A DNA stretch of 64,000 bases from Geosiphon pyriformis uo1 (taxonomy: Eukaryota; Fungi; Glomeromycota): contig JAAOMT010000029.1 of NCBI GenBank assembly GCA_016748015.1, forward strand, positions 422,896 to 486,895, written 5' to 3'. The notes below the pieces were generated by a model. The model was not told the origin of the DNA, did not search any database, and saw only the letters and a program-made list of their open reading frames with translations. A program made the position numbers and the translations under genes. Below, piece by piece: positions 1 through 11,607 of this stretch (positions within the stretch are counted from its first letter, which is position 1; every line of letters begins with the position of its first letter).

Positions 1-929
1 TCATATTCCACTAGGGCCTTTTGCCAAAGACCAATAAGCTGCATTTTGATTAAAATAATCTTGCCAAACTTGGAGAACACTGCCTCAATCACCAATTTGG
101 GAAGATCCACTGGGATTTCCTTGATGATTACCTCCCGATCCGAATGGCTGTTTACTTTTCTTAGATCATCATTTACCAAAATTTTTTCACTGATTGCCAT
201 TTCTCTTGTCTTAATCAAACTTTTTTCAGATATATATGATGACCTTATTATTCCAGGAAATTTTGAGGGAGTTGAAGCCCTCCTAAAACCATCAACTTGA
301 TAAAAATTTTTTTTCACACAAATCAACTTATCACTAACAGTTTTCCCAGAAACAGCAGAAAGTTCAATATCCAATGCAAAAGATTTCACCAAAATAAAAC
401 TCCGAATCTCCCGATCACATGATGTGACTGGCAGCAACTGATTGAATCCATTGAATGTGCGAGGAGGGAGCTCCAAAACGTCGCCAGTACCACCCACATT
501 AATGAAAGAAGACTGCTTAGACAGGTGTTCAAATATGTACGTTCTCGTTCTCAAACCCTTTGGCGTAGCATTACCCATTAGTTTGTTATCCCCGGAAGTG
601 TCAGAATTGACGTAGCTCGTTTCTTCTACAATCGTGTTCTTCATGTTTTCAATGTCAGAAGTCCCGCCAACACTTGATTCTTCGCTGTCCATTTCACTAC
701 CCCAAGATTTCTTCTGGTCGTCAACGCCATCATGTAGCATGTCCACAGGCAGAGGGCCAGCCAATGAATCCACAACAACACCAGAATTATCAGGTTTCTT
801 TGTTTTCTTGTAAGATGGACCACGAGTGTAAATACTCTCAATGCGCACCTTTTTTTTAGTGCCAGAACGGGTTCTCACACCAGCCGAACCAGATGCTGAC
901 CCACTAGCAGAAGAGCCTACTGGATCCAT
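1..929 (-). pseudogene. LINE ORF1 (gag-like) N-terminal part
   Basis: Homology to the L2 ORF1 region (50260-51254); reading frame disrupted. Confidence 0.7.
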
Positions 930-1056
930 TGTCACGAACAGAGGTGTATGTAAAGAAATAACTAAAGGGAACAGAAGGGAATAAGAGAAAAGGAAGATAT
1001 TTTTTTGACTATTCTATGCTCTCGTTATGGTTAGGGAATCAATGAAAGAAAGAGTT
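1..1056 (-). mobile_element. LINE copy L1, 5' part (5'UTR + ORF1 N-terminus); continues beyond window start
   Basis: Minus-strand ATG at 929 gives MDPVGSSASGSASGSAGVRTRSGTKKK..., homologous to ORF1 of L2 (50784-51314 ORF; GASTPSKFPGII-type motif shared). The 5' motif at 1018-1056 matches L2 51359-51397. Confidence 0.8.
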
Positions 1057-1289
1057 TTTATTTTATTATATTATTATTATTTGTTAAAAATACTTAAAAA
1101 ATCAAAAATTAACACAAGATTTTTAAGACAAAACCAAAAATTTGTCAAAATAAAATTATTATTATTATAAATATATATATATTAGCCAAAAATCACAAAA
1201 ATATTAAAATTTTAATTTATAATAATATTAAAAACTATGTAAAAATTTTAGTCAATATTATTATTAAATATTTAAATTCAAAAATTAAA

Positions 1290-1440
1290 AATTAATTATT
1301 AGTATATATTTCAGGTTTTAATTAATATGTTAATATTTTATGAATAAAAATAAATTTAAAAGAACTAATATAATTTAATACAAAATAAAAACCAGAAATA
1401 CTATGTTAATAAAACAATAGTATTATAAATTGGTGTTTTT
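1290..1440 (+). pseudogene. Heavily AT-eroded Gypsy pol relic (region just upstream of RT)
   Basis: aataaatttaaaagaactaatataatttaatacaaaataaaaaccagaaatactatgttaataaaacaa aligns to B2 ~43000-43070 (NEFGRTDIIQHQIKTGNAMPIKQ) with mostly C>T/G>A changes. Confidence 0.5.
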
Positions 1441-1799
1441 ATTTTTAATCATAATTTGAAAGTTTTAATACTTTAAAGATTTTAATTAGTTAAGTTTTTT
1501 GTATGATAAACAAAAATTCAATAATAATAACAGATAATACTTAATATTTAACTTTTTTAATATAGTAATTAATTTATTCTAGTGTTTTTTATCTTAATAT
1601 TTTAAAATACAAATTGAACTTTTTGGTTAATAAAAATAGTTATAGTTTTTTTTATTGTTTATTTAAATATTATTGATTTTTAAAAAAAATATTAGCAATA
1701 GTTAAGATATATTAAATTATAATTCAGTAATTATTAATTTAAATCATATTATTTAGAGTTTTTCATTTTTTTCCAATATATTATTACTTATATAAATTA

Positions 1800-2348
1800 A
1801 AAAAAATAATAATTAAATAAAAATAATCAATAAAAAATAAGTGTAAAAAAAAAATTCCAGAATTTTTTTTACATATATTTTTAAGATTCCAGAATTTTAA
1901 AATTTTAGAATACTAGATAAAAAAAATGAAAAGATTTCAAGAAATTTTGTATAATAAAAATTATATATATATATTATTAATATTAAAAACAAAAAACAAA
2001 CAAAAAATTAAAAACAAAAATTTTTAATTTAAATTCTATTTACTATTTTATTTCAAAAATTAGTTTTCTATAGCTTAAAATAGAATTATATTTATTTTAA
2101 TAAACAGATTATATATTTTATTGTATATGTTATTATAATTGTTTAATTGAATACTTATTACTTTTACTTATTGGCATTTATATTAATAAACTTTAATATT
2201 TAATTACATAAAAACAATAGTTCTTGATTATAGCTATTAATAAAATATTAATTTTTTTTTCTTTATTGGTTTTATTTAATGTTCTGTTATTAATTATGTT
2301 TTATATATAATAATTAATTAAAAAATTAAGCACTAAAATTATTAATAT
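1800..2348 (+). repeat. Decayed LTR (family D/B-like), left part; split by element A, continues ~9958-10232
   Basis: ttccagaatt repeats; aaaacaatagttcttgattatagctattaa and attaagcactaaa match the D LTR at ~22220-22355; the sequence resumes after element A. Confidence 0.55.
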
Positions 2349-2989
2349 TGTTACAATTGAGACCTATATTTCTTATTAATTATCACATGTATTAGCCACT
2401 GATGTCATATAATTAGCCATACTATTTTTAGAAAGTGATCATTGATCTGATCATTAACCACTTTTGATAGCTATATAAGTAATGAATCTCTTAGCTATAA
2501 AAAAGCATGTAATAACAAGCATCTGAATAATCAAGAATAAATAAAATAACAACTTTCATCTCAATTTATTTTTTATTACTAATTTCCCTTTCCCTACCTT
2601 CAAGTATCTGAACATCTTAAAGATAAAAAATTACTTGTTGGTCTTTTCCTGATGTATATAATTGTAGCATTTAAAGATTATTTGAATAAATGTGAATGAA
2701 AAGCACAAGTTAATACCTAATATTGAATTCTAAGAGTGCCAACATGAGGCATAAAATTATACCAGTAGTAATCAATTGTTGACAGTACAGACTATCTCTC
2801 TACCTTCAAATTCTCCAGTTACTTTTGAAAAGAATAGCAACTGAGATATTTTATGAGACTGATCTCACACATTGAATCCATACTCATTCAATTCACTCTT
2901 TAAAGTTGAATTCATCTTTGATTATTTCTATCATCCTACAATCCTGTTTTCTCTTGCTATCCATTAGCTTGTTACTCCAATCTGTAACA
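2349..2989 (+). repeat. Element A 5' LTR (TGTTACA...TGTAACA)
   Basis: Direct repeat of 9313-9953; inverted termini. Confidence 0.95.
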
Positions 2990-2996
2990 TAAAAGT

Positions 2997-3013
2997 GATG
3001 CTCCCTGTAAGAT
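2997..3013 (+). promoter_or_regulatory. Element A primer-binding site (decayed TGGTGCTCCCTGTGAGG)
   Basis: tgatgctccctgtaaga just after the 5' LTR; same motif as the B and C PBS with G>A changes. Confidence 0.7.
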
Positions 3014-3041
3014 TGTCAAAATCCACTTTGTTTCCTATTGT

Positions 3042-4595
3042 ATGAGTAATTATTTATACCTGCCATAACAATCAGAAGAACACTTTGAAGCACACAACAA
3101 AAACGATTTAGACTTTATTGAACTCAATCTTTTGCTCTTCTGCTTGATTTGCTTTCCCATTGAAGAACAATCCAGCAGACAATTTCAAGACTTTTGGAAC
3201 TGGTTTCTGAATGAGCATTCAGCTGAAACCTATACAGCTTATACAATCTATTACTTTGACCAAGCTTATTTTGAAGACAACTGTAAAGAAAGAAACAACA
3301 GCATTGATCAACTTTTATACTCAACAATCTTTGAACAATAGCCTCCTGATTTCGAATATCTGAATCATTAAATCCACATTTGGATTGCTGCTCATTAATT
3401 AACTGAAACTTTTCTTGAAACAGAAGAAGAAAGCTATTAAACTACTCCTGTTTTTGATCTCTTTTCAAGTAAATTAGAACACTTAACACAAACAGTTACA
3501 CCTGAACCAATGGCTCAAGACCCTCTACAACAAAACATTTTGATCACCCTCCAAGGTATACAGACTGCTTTAGGGCAAAGAAACAACACCCCATTACTAT
3601 TATTTAGAGGTGATGCCCAAGATCCAATAGAATGGCTGGATGATTTTGAGAGAGCTGCTACAGCAAACCAATATAATAATGAATACAAGTTCTAAATTGT
3701 TGGTGGCTACCTCCAAGACTCTCTTGCTACTTGGTTTTCACAAGAAACCAATGCCAATGCTCAACAAAAAATCATTAGATGGTTACTAGCAAATGCCGGA
3801 GAAAACAACACCTCTTTTACAACCCAGTTTAAAAACAAGTTCAGAATCCCAATCTTGATATCCAAGTGGCACATAGAATTAAAAAAAAAAACTCAAGGCT
3901 TTGGTGAAATTGTAACTGAATATGCTAAAGCAATCAGAAAGTTAATCAAACATGTAGACTCTAGAAGAAATTGGACAGAAAAGCAAAAGATTCATTCCTT
4001 CACAAAAGGATTGAGAACTGATTTATCTTATGCTCTTTGGCCTCTTTTGGCCTTGAAAGACAATTCTACAATGAACATGGCCATTGAACTTGCCCAACAA
4101 ATTGAAGACAACCAAAGAATACATTTGAGATCTACACTTCCAGTTTTTGCTTCTGCTCCTGTTATGGCTCCTGCCCTTCAAATGGCTGCTGCCTCTTTTG
4201 CTGCCCAAACTCAAGATCCAAATGAACAATTAATTAATAGACTCACAGCCAATCTTGCCCAGTTATTAGAATCTTTGGCACAAGCAGTTAGAGATAACCA
4301 ACAACCACAAAGACCCAAATATGAACCACATTTTAATTAGCCCTAGCAACCTCTTTATCAAAGACAGCAAAATCGTGGTCCTTCTGTATGTTATAAATGT
4401 GGATTAACTGGACATTTCTCAAGAGATTGCAACAATCTTTCTTTACCTCCTCCAGTCCCCAAAAATAATGACAATTAAAACAATAAACCCATCAACAATA
4501 ATGCTCCCAATCAAAGACCCAACCATGCCAACATCAATTTTTTTGGAGAGGATCCTCTAGTTAAAGCCACAATCTATCAGCCTTTAAACTGGTAG
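3042..4595 (+). pseudogene. gag: Element A gag (N-terminal extension, capsid-like region, CCHC knuckle)
   Basis: ORF fragments 3132, 3510 and 3855 are all in one frame; FRGDAQDPIEWLDDF motif; CYKCGLTGHFSRDC at 4389-4430; ends at TAG 4593-4595. The start position is approximate. Confidence 0.85.
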
Positions 4596-4631
4596 GTGCA
4601 CCTCCAAAGGATGAAAGTGCAAGCCAACCAG
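4583..4631 (+). promoter_or_regulatory. Putative -1 ribosomal frameshift signal between gag and pol (T TTA AAC + hairpin)
   Basis: Heptamer TTTAAAC at 4583-4589 in correct gag phase; the -1 frame is the pol frame; a CTGGT.GG.TGCAC...GTGCA..CC.ACCAG stem follows. Confidence 0.7.
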
Positions 4632-7267
4632 AAGAAAAACCTTTTTTTGCTTTTAACTTAACTAATGATGACCATGACATGGATGAATTAGCAATCAACA
4701 CTTCTGAATTAACCAGAAAAAAGAAGAAAGCCAAGATTAATTTCGTTCTAGATCTCAACAAAGCCTTAATTTCCACTACTGATAACAATGAGCCACCAAA
4801 AGCCAAAGTTTTTAAGAACTCTCCAAAGTTGGAACCCCCAGAAATTGTACAAAAATCTGAACCCTATTTTGTTGTCAAAGATTTCATGAAAATCCCAGCA
4901 CACATTACCTTTGGCCAGTTAATAACCCATTCACAGTTCAGAAAAGATCTTCACAAATCTCTAATCCCCAAGAAAAAAACACCAAAGACCAATAAACACC
5001 CTCACCAAGCTGAATTTGCTAACAACAGCAATGTCACTCCTCTAATTTGCAAAGCACAAGTGGCTGGTTACTTCATTGACTTGATCCTAGACAGTAAATC
5101 ATCTGTTAGTGTAATTGCCAAACACTTCCTTAAAGCAATTGGCAGAAAAATTGATGAGTCTTCCACCCGACCAATGACCAATGTACATGGTGACAAGAAA
5201 AAAAGTCTGGGCATTGTCAAAGCTATTCCTGTCCGTATCAATGGCATTAGTATTGAAACTGACATGGAAGTTTCTGAAGTTAAAGAATACACCATCATTG
5301 TTGACAATGAGTGGCTCAAGAAAGCAAAAGCCTTACTCAACTATGAACTTTGTAAGCTAACCATAAGATGTGATGAAAAACTCATTGTGGTTAAATGTTG
5401 CCATTGGACAACTCCTTCAGCAACCAAACAAAATCAAGAAGATGAGCAATTAGAGGAATCAGATGATGAAGAGAGTGATGAAGAAGATGAACAAGAAGAA
5501 ACTGCTGAACTCACCTACACCACCTTTATCAGCAATGGCAAGCCACTAGACAATGTTAAAGCTGATAGAGAGGGAATCATTGTAAACAACAAGCTGATCT
5601 GCTGGCCCTATTATGATATTCTAAGAAGAACTTTTAACCAAAAGCCTGGCAAGAAAGCCAAATACAATTATAGATGGCATGGCCCTTGTGTCTGGTGCTG
5701 GTGCAATAAATCTTTGTATTCTCCAAGTGATGAATGTAAATCATGCTTGATCTATTACAAAGATTGGGAACCAATTAGCCTAATACCAAGAAATAAATTA
5801 AAAAAAGTACAGAAGTTCTTTGAGAATGAACCACCTGAGATCTAATCATTAGTAGTAAAACAAAGAGAACCCTCTTTAGAAGAAAGAAAGATAGACATTG
5901 AAAATCTGTTGACAAGAAACAGCCCAGTTATCTTAAAAAAAAGTGATACCCCAGGATGAACCCATGTGATACAACACACTATCACCACCAGAGAAACTTG
6001 TCTCATCCATTTGAAGCCTTACCAATCCAATCACTGAAATAATGAGTTTATCAAGAAAGAAATAAACCAGATGAAAGAACTTGGATTCATACAAAAAACC
6101 AAAAGTGAATGGGCTTTCCCAGTTGTAGTGGTATTCAAGAAAGGTAGAACTCTATGCTTCTGTATTGACTACTGCCAATTAAATGCCATCACTGAAAAAA
6201 ATATGTACCCACTTCCCAAGATTGATGCAATGCTGGACCAATTCAAAGATGCTGCTTTCTTTTCAACCATTGATTTAACTGCTGGATTTTGGCAAGTAGA
6301 AATGGATTCAGAAAGCCGGAAGAAAACTGCCTTCATCACCAAGTATGGCACCTATAAATTCACAGTCATGCCTTTTGGTTTCACCAATGCTTCTCTCATC
6401 TTTTAATGCTTAATGGATAAAGTATTTGAATCAGTGAAAGAAAACTTTGTTCTGGTCTATCTGGACAATATAATGGTGTACTCAAAAACCTGAGATGAAT
6501 ATCTTAAACATTTGCAAAAGGTTTTTGATCTTCTCAGAAATGCAGGTCTCAAGATCAACCCAATTAAATCTTTCTTTGGAAGACAATTCACCCAATTTCT
6601 TGGCCATCTTATTACAAAAGATGGAATTTTCTCTGATCCAGCCAAAGTGGAAAAAGTTCAGAACATAAGACAACCAATGAATGTTTATGAGTTACATTTT
6701 TTCCTTGGTTTGGCCTTCTATTATCACAAATTTGTTAAGAATTTTTCCAAAATTGCCTCTCCACTCAATCAGCTATTCAGGAAAAATGTCAACTACCATT
6801 GGGGCACACATTAGCAAAAAGCATTTAAAACCTTCAAAGAAAAATTGGTTACAGAACTTATTCTCAAGCAACCTGATCTGGATCAACCTTTCATCCTTTA
6901 CACTGATACATCTGGCTATAGACTTGGTGCTGTTCTCTCACAAAAAAATGAAAATGGCAGAGAACATGCAATAGCCTATGCCAGTAGAATTCTTACACCA
7001 GCAGAAAAGAACTATTTAGTTACTAAGCAGGAATGCTTAGCAGTAGTTTGGGCTACCAGCTACTGGGATAAGTATCTTCTTGGTGTGAAGTTTTTGGTGA
7101 TAACAGATCACCAAGCTTTGGTTTGGCTGCACAACAAGAAAAGGCTAGAACATAAACAGATAGCCCACTGGATACTCTACTTGGATGAATTAGACTATGA
7201 TATTTAACACTGTAAAGGAGCTAATCATCAAAATGCTGAATCTCTCTTCAGACTTACCACCAAGTGA
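4583..7267 (+). pseudogene. pol: Element A pol: aspartic protease, short Cys-rich insert, RT, RNase H (no integrase in this frame)
   Basis: LILDSKSSVSVI (decayed DSG); FCIDYCQLN; FSTIDLTAGFWQV; VMPFG; YLDN; FILYTDTSG; ECLAVVWA; ITDHQAL; NAESLFR-LTTK-TGA. Confidence 0.9.
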
Positions 7268-7325
7268 CAATACAACCTTCCAAACCAAACCAACCTAATT
7301 ATTAGTAATTCTCTTACAACCAAAC

Positions 7326-8645
7326 ATGATAATAGACTTGGACAACTACTCTGCCTTAATGGAATTTTTGGGTAAAGGACAATACCCACCGGAATAGACT
7401 TGACAGCAAAGAGAACAGTTGTGCAAACAATCAAATTTTTATTTGATCTGCCAGAACCAATTATATAAAAGAAATAGAAAAGATCCTGACTGCTCTCAGA
7501 GAGTCATAAGATTTGAAGAAAGAGAAATTGTGATCTACAACATGTACACTGATCCATTAGCTGGACACTTTGGAAAAACAAAAACAATTCAGAAAACTCT
7601 AGCTTGCTATTATTGATCTACCTTGGGAAAAGACATTGCTGAATACATTAAAACCTGTAATACTTGCCAAAGAAGAGAAAAACCCAATCACAAAAAAAAC
7701 ATCTATCCAATCTCTGTTGGCCAACCCTTTGACAGAATTGGTATAGATGTTGTTGGATCATTAACAGTAACTCCTGATGGCAACAGATACATTATCACAG
7801 CTACTGACTATCTTACAAAGTGGGTAGAAGCAAGAGCCACCCCAGATCAAACAGCAGTTTCCATTGCTAATTTCATTTATAAAGATATTATTTGTTACCA
7901 TGGCTGCCCCAAAGAACTTTTATCTGATAGAGGAAGAGCTTTTCTTAGTACACTGATTGAAAAACTTTGTAGAAAATTGGAAATACATTACAAACTTTCC
8001 TCCTCTTATCACCCCCAAACAAATGGCCTAGTGGAACATTTCAATAAAACACTGTGTGAAACCTTAGCCAAAACAAGTAAAAAAACAAACTTATAAGACA
8101 AAGTACTGCCTTCAGCTTTGTTTGTTTATAGAACTGTGAATCATGACATAACAAGTTATGAACCCTTTTACCTGCTCTATGGACAAATGGCAACACTACC
8201 AATAGAAACTAATATTGAGACAATACCCTTTGAAGAAATCACAATAGGGAATTACAAAGACATTTTGCAAAAAAGACTTGGTACCATTCTTGACTCATTG
8301 GTAAAGGCACAGATAATTGCCTTTGAAAAGATAAAACAGTTCCAAGAGAAGCTTAAGAAAAAAAAAACCTATAAAACACTTTCCTTAAGCATTGGTGACT
8401 TGGTTTTGGAATATCATTTAGACAAAGACAATATCTATGGTAATAAATTCTCTAGCTGATGGAAAAGACTCTTTATAGTCAACAAAGTTTTGAACAATGG
8501 TTCTTATATTCTTCAAGATCAATCCGGAACAATCTTTAATGATTGTTTTGTTTATGGCACATGACTCAAGAAATATTACAAATGATTTGATTGGTTACCT
8601 GTTGTGGTAATATCGACCCAAATGATCAGCAAAAATCAGATATAA
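7326..8645 (+). pseudogene. Element A integrase, separate ORF (HHCC, DDE, GPY/F-like)
   Basis: ATG 7326 MIIDLDNYSALMEFL; GHFG...CNTCQ; IGIDVVG; LLSDRG; YHPQTNGLVE; stop 8643-8645. Frame differs from RT-RH. Confidence 0.88.
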
Positions 8646-8686
8646 ATAAATGTACCACTCCCAAAACAGAGATATTTTCAATCGAC

Positions 8687-9343
8687 ATGAACAATTATTT
8701 TCTGGATCAAAACATTCAAAACGCTTTCTATACTCTTCATGAGTATTGGATTAAAAACTATCCAAATGCTACTTTGACCATTGGAAAACAGACCACAATA
8801 ACTGATAGCAATAGAACACATACTGTTATTAAACCAAAGAAAACAACTACCAGAAGAGAAAAAATTGGTAGCAAAATGGATAAATATCTGCGAGAAAGTA
8901 TAATAACAGCGATACTCGTACTCTCCACCACACTTGGAAAAACAATTAAAGAAATCTTACCCATAGACAAAAACTTGTCATATGGAAAACAACTAGAGCT
9001 TTATGATCGCCTTGGTGAAATCATAGATGACATGAAGTTCATGAAGAAAACAACTTCAGAGATACAGGCAGAAATTTTGGGCATTATACGATTAGATATT
9101 CTAAGAGTTTTAACCATTGCTAAAAGAGCCAAAACTCTAATACAAAGATTTGGTCTTTTGAATACAAAACTCATTTTACCTCAAGTATTATACACCCTAT
9201 CTACAAAAAACTTCAATAAATTAGTTAGCTTTGAGTTAGATAAAACTTTTCAAATAGATTACACTATAAATAGCTTAATTTCACCAGAGCTCAATTTCTT
9301 TGGAGAGGATGATATTATGGTTGAAACCTATACTTCTTATTAA
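8687..9343 (+). CDS. Element A accessory ORF3, unknown function, intact frame, runs into 3' LTR
   Basis: Open 218-codon frame from ATG 8687; same position as, and weak motif similarity to, ORF3 of B and C. Confidence 0.65.
   Translation: MNNYFLDQNIQNAFYTLHEYWIKNYPNATLTIGKQTTITDSNRTHTVIKPKKTTTRREKIGSKMDKYLRESIITAILVLSTTLGKTIKEILPIDKNLSYGKQLELYDRLGEIIDDMKFMKKTTSEIQAEILGIIRLDILRVLTIAKRAKTLIQRFGLLNTKLILPQVLYTLSTKNFNKLVSFELDKTFQIDYTINSLISPELNFFGEDDIMVETYTSY
9302..9312 (+). promoter_or_regulatory. Element A polypurine tract
   Basis: GGAGAGGATGA immediately before the 3' LTR. Confidence 0.75.
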
Positions 9344-9953
9344 TTATCACATGTATTAGCCACTGATGTCATATGATTAGCCACACTATTTTTAGAAAGT
9401 GATCATTGACCTGATTATTAACCACTTTTAATAGCTATATAAGTGATGAATCTTTTAGCTGTAGAAAAACATGTAATAACAAGCATCTAAATAATCAAGA
9501 ATAAATAAAATAACAACTTTTATCTCAATCCTTTTTTTATTACTAATTTCCCTTTCCCTACCTTCAAGTATCTGAACATCTTAAAGATAAAAGATTACTT
9601 GTTGGTCTTTTTCTAATGTATATAATTGTAGCATTTGAAGATTATTTGAATAAATGTGACTGAAAAGCACAAGTTGATACCTGATATTGAATTCTAAGAG
9701 TGCTAACATGAGGCATAGAATTATACTAGTGGTAATCAATTGTTGACAGTATGGACTATTTCTCTACTTTTAGATTTCCCAGTTACTTTTGAAAAGAATA
9801 GCAACTGAGATATTTTATAAAACTGATCTCGCATATTGAATCCATACTCATTCAATTCACTCTTTAAAGTTGAATTCCCCTTTGATTATTTCCATTATCT
9901 TACAATCCTGTTCTCTCTTGCTATCCGTTAGCTTGTTACTCCAATCCGTAATA
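9313..9953 (+). repeat. Element A 3' LTR
   Basis: Direct repeat of 2349-2989. Confidence 0.95.
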
Positions 9954-10903
9954 ATATTAATAATAACTTAATAAAAAATTCATAAAACAAGGATAAAAAC
10001 TTAAAAATAATTTATTAAAAAAACATAATTATCAGATTAAACTAGTTTTTATGCTAAAAAAAGAAATTTGGAAAGACAATACAATTTAAATCTCTGTTTA
10101 TTATACAAAAAACTCAAAACCAAAATCTTCAAATTACAATAACAGTTAAAATTTTATTATAATTAACCAATTAATATTAAATTATAGATTTTAATTATTA
10201 AAGCTAATATCCAAAATCTTTTACTTGTAAAAATATTACTAATTATTAATTTAATAATAAAGATAGAAAACTAAATTAAAATATTATATAAAACCAAAAA
10301 ATTATTGTCATAGAAAATATTAAACATATTATAAACAGTTAAAATTTGATTAAAAAAAAACTTTATAATTAATTTTAATTAAACAATAAATTATATATTA
10401 ATTAAAACATTTTTCTATTTATATTGCTTAAAAATTATAAAAATTTATGTTTTAGTTTATAAATTAAAAATATATTCATAAATTAAACATTAATTTAATA
10501 AAACCAAAAACAATTTTAAAACTAATTTATTATAATATTTTTATAACTTATTAAATATACTTAATAAACCAGTTGTTTTTTTATTAAGCAAATTTTTAAA
10601 TATACTAATTAATTTATTATAGCTAATTTTATCATAATATTAATAAAAATAGTATTATTAACATAAATTAATAATAAGTAATATTATATATTTTTAATAT
10701 TTATAATATATATAATAAATATAAATATATTAAAATATTTTTTAATATCTGTATTTGTTATTTGTTCAAATATTAAATTGTTATCAATCAATATCTATAT
10801 ATTAAAAACAAATATATTAAAATATTATTTAATGTTTATATTTATAATGTTTTAATTAATAGAATTTTATATTTATGGTTTTTTTTAAAAATTATAATAA
10901 TAA

Positions 10904-11546
10904 TATTATAGTTAAAACCCATAATTTTTATTAATTATTTCATATATTAGCCATTAATATTATATAATTAACTATCTTATTTTTAAAAAGTAATTAATAA
11001 CTTAATTAATAACTTAGTTATTATTTTAATTATTAATTATTAATCTAATTAATAATTTAATTGTTAATCTAAACAATAATTTAATTATTGACTATTTTGA
11101 ATAATTATATAAACAATATATTATTCAGCTTTAGAAAAACATGTTTTAATATACAAGATATATATAAATTAAAGTAATAAAAATTATTTTTAAATATTCA
11201 ATCTTTTTTAATTTACTTATTTTCTTTTTTTAAATTTTTTTAAGTATCTAAACATTTTTGTAATAAAAAATTACTTATTGGTATTTATTTATAATTAAAA
11301 TATTTATAAAATTGATTTTATATATTGAATTTATTTTATTTTATTTTATTTTTTGAAGTTAAATTCTTTTTTAATTATTTTTCTTATTATATAATCTTGT
11401 TTTTTTTTGTAATTTATTAGTTTATTATTTTAATTTATAACATAAAAGTAGTGTTTTTTGTAAGATTATCAAAATTTATTTTATTTTTATTTGTATAAGT
11501 GATTATTTATACATATTATAATAATTAAAAAAATATGTTAAAGCAT
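10904..11546 (+). mobile_element. Old family-A copy (A2): decayed 5' LTR (10904-11442), PBS and start of internal region
   Basis: Colinear with 2349-3095 (e.g. tttataacataaaagtagtgttttttgtaagattatcaaaat vs tctgtaacataaaagtgatgctccctgtaagattgtcaaaat). Confidence 0.75.
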
Positions 11547-11607
11547 TATTATTTATAAAAATTAGGAATTATAATAATAAGTAAAATAACCAATCAGAAA
11601 TAGGCAT
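11547..11607 (+). repeat. Solo LTR D, left stub (continues 21891-22604), inserted into A2 and split by B1
   Basis: A2 sequence stops at 11546 and resumes at 22609; the intervening non-B1 DNA is LTR-like. Confidence 0.6.

Larger units (their letters stand above)
2349..9953 (+). mobile_element. Ty3/Gypsy LTR retrotransposon, family A, full length, decayed
   Basis: Two 641-bp LTRs, 4-bp TSD ATAT (2345-2348/9954-9957), PBS, PPT, domain order gag-PR-RT-RH-IN. Confidence 0.97.

Noticed and set aside
1030-1036. Telomeric repeat
   Set aside because: A single TTAGGG unit within a LINE 5' motif, not an array.
3300-3500. Alternative genetic code (TAA/TAG read as Gln) to explain the in-frame stops
   Set aside because: Stops differ between sister copies and include TGG- and CGA-derived ones, which fits C>T/G>A decay.
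8687-9343. ORF3 as an env gene
   Set aside because: Too short, with no signal peptide or transmembrane segment visible.
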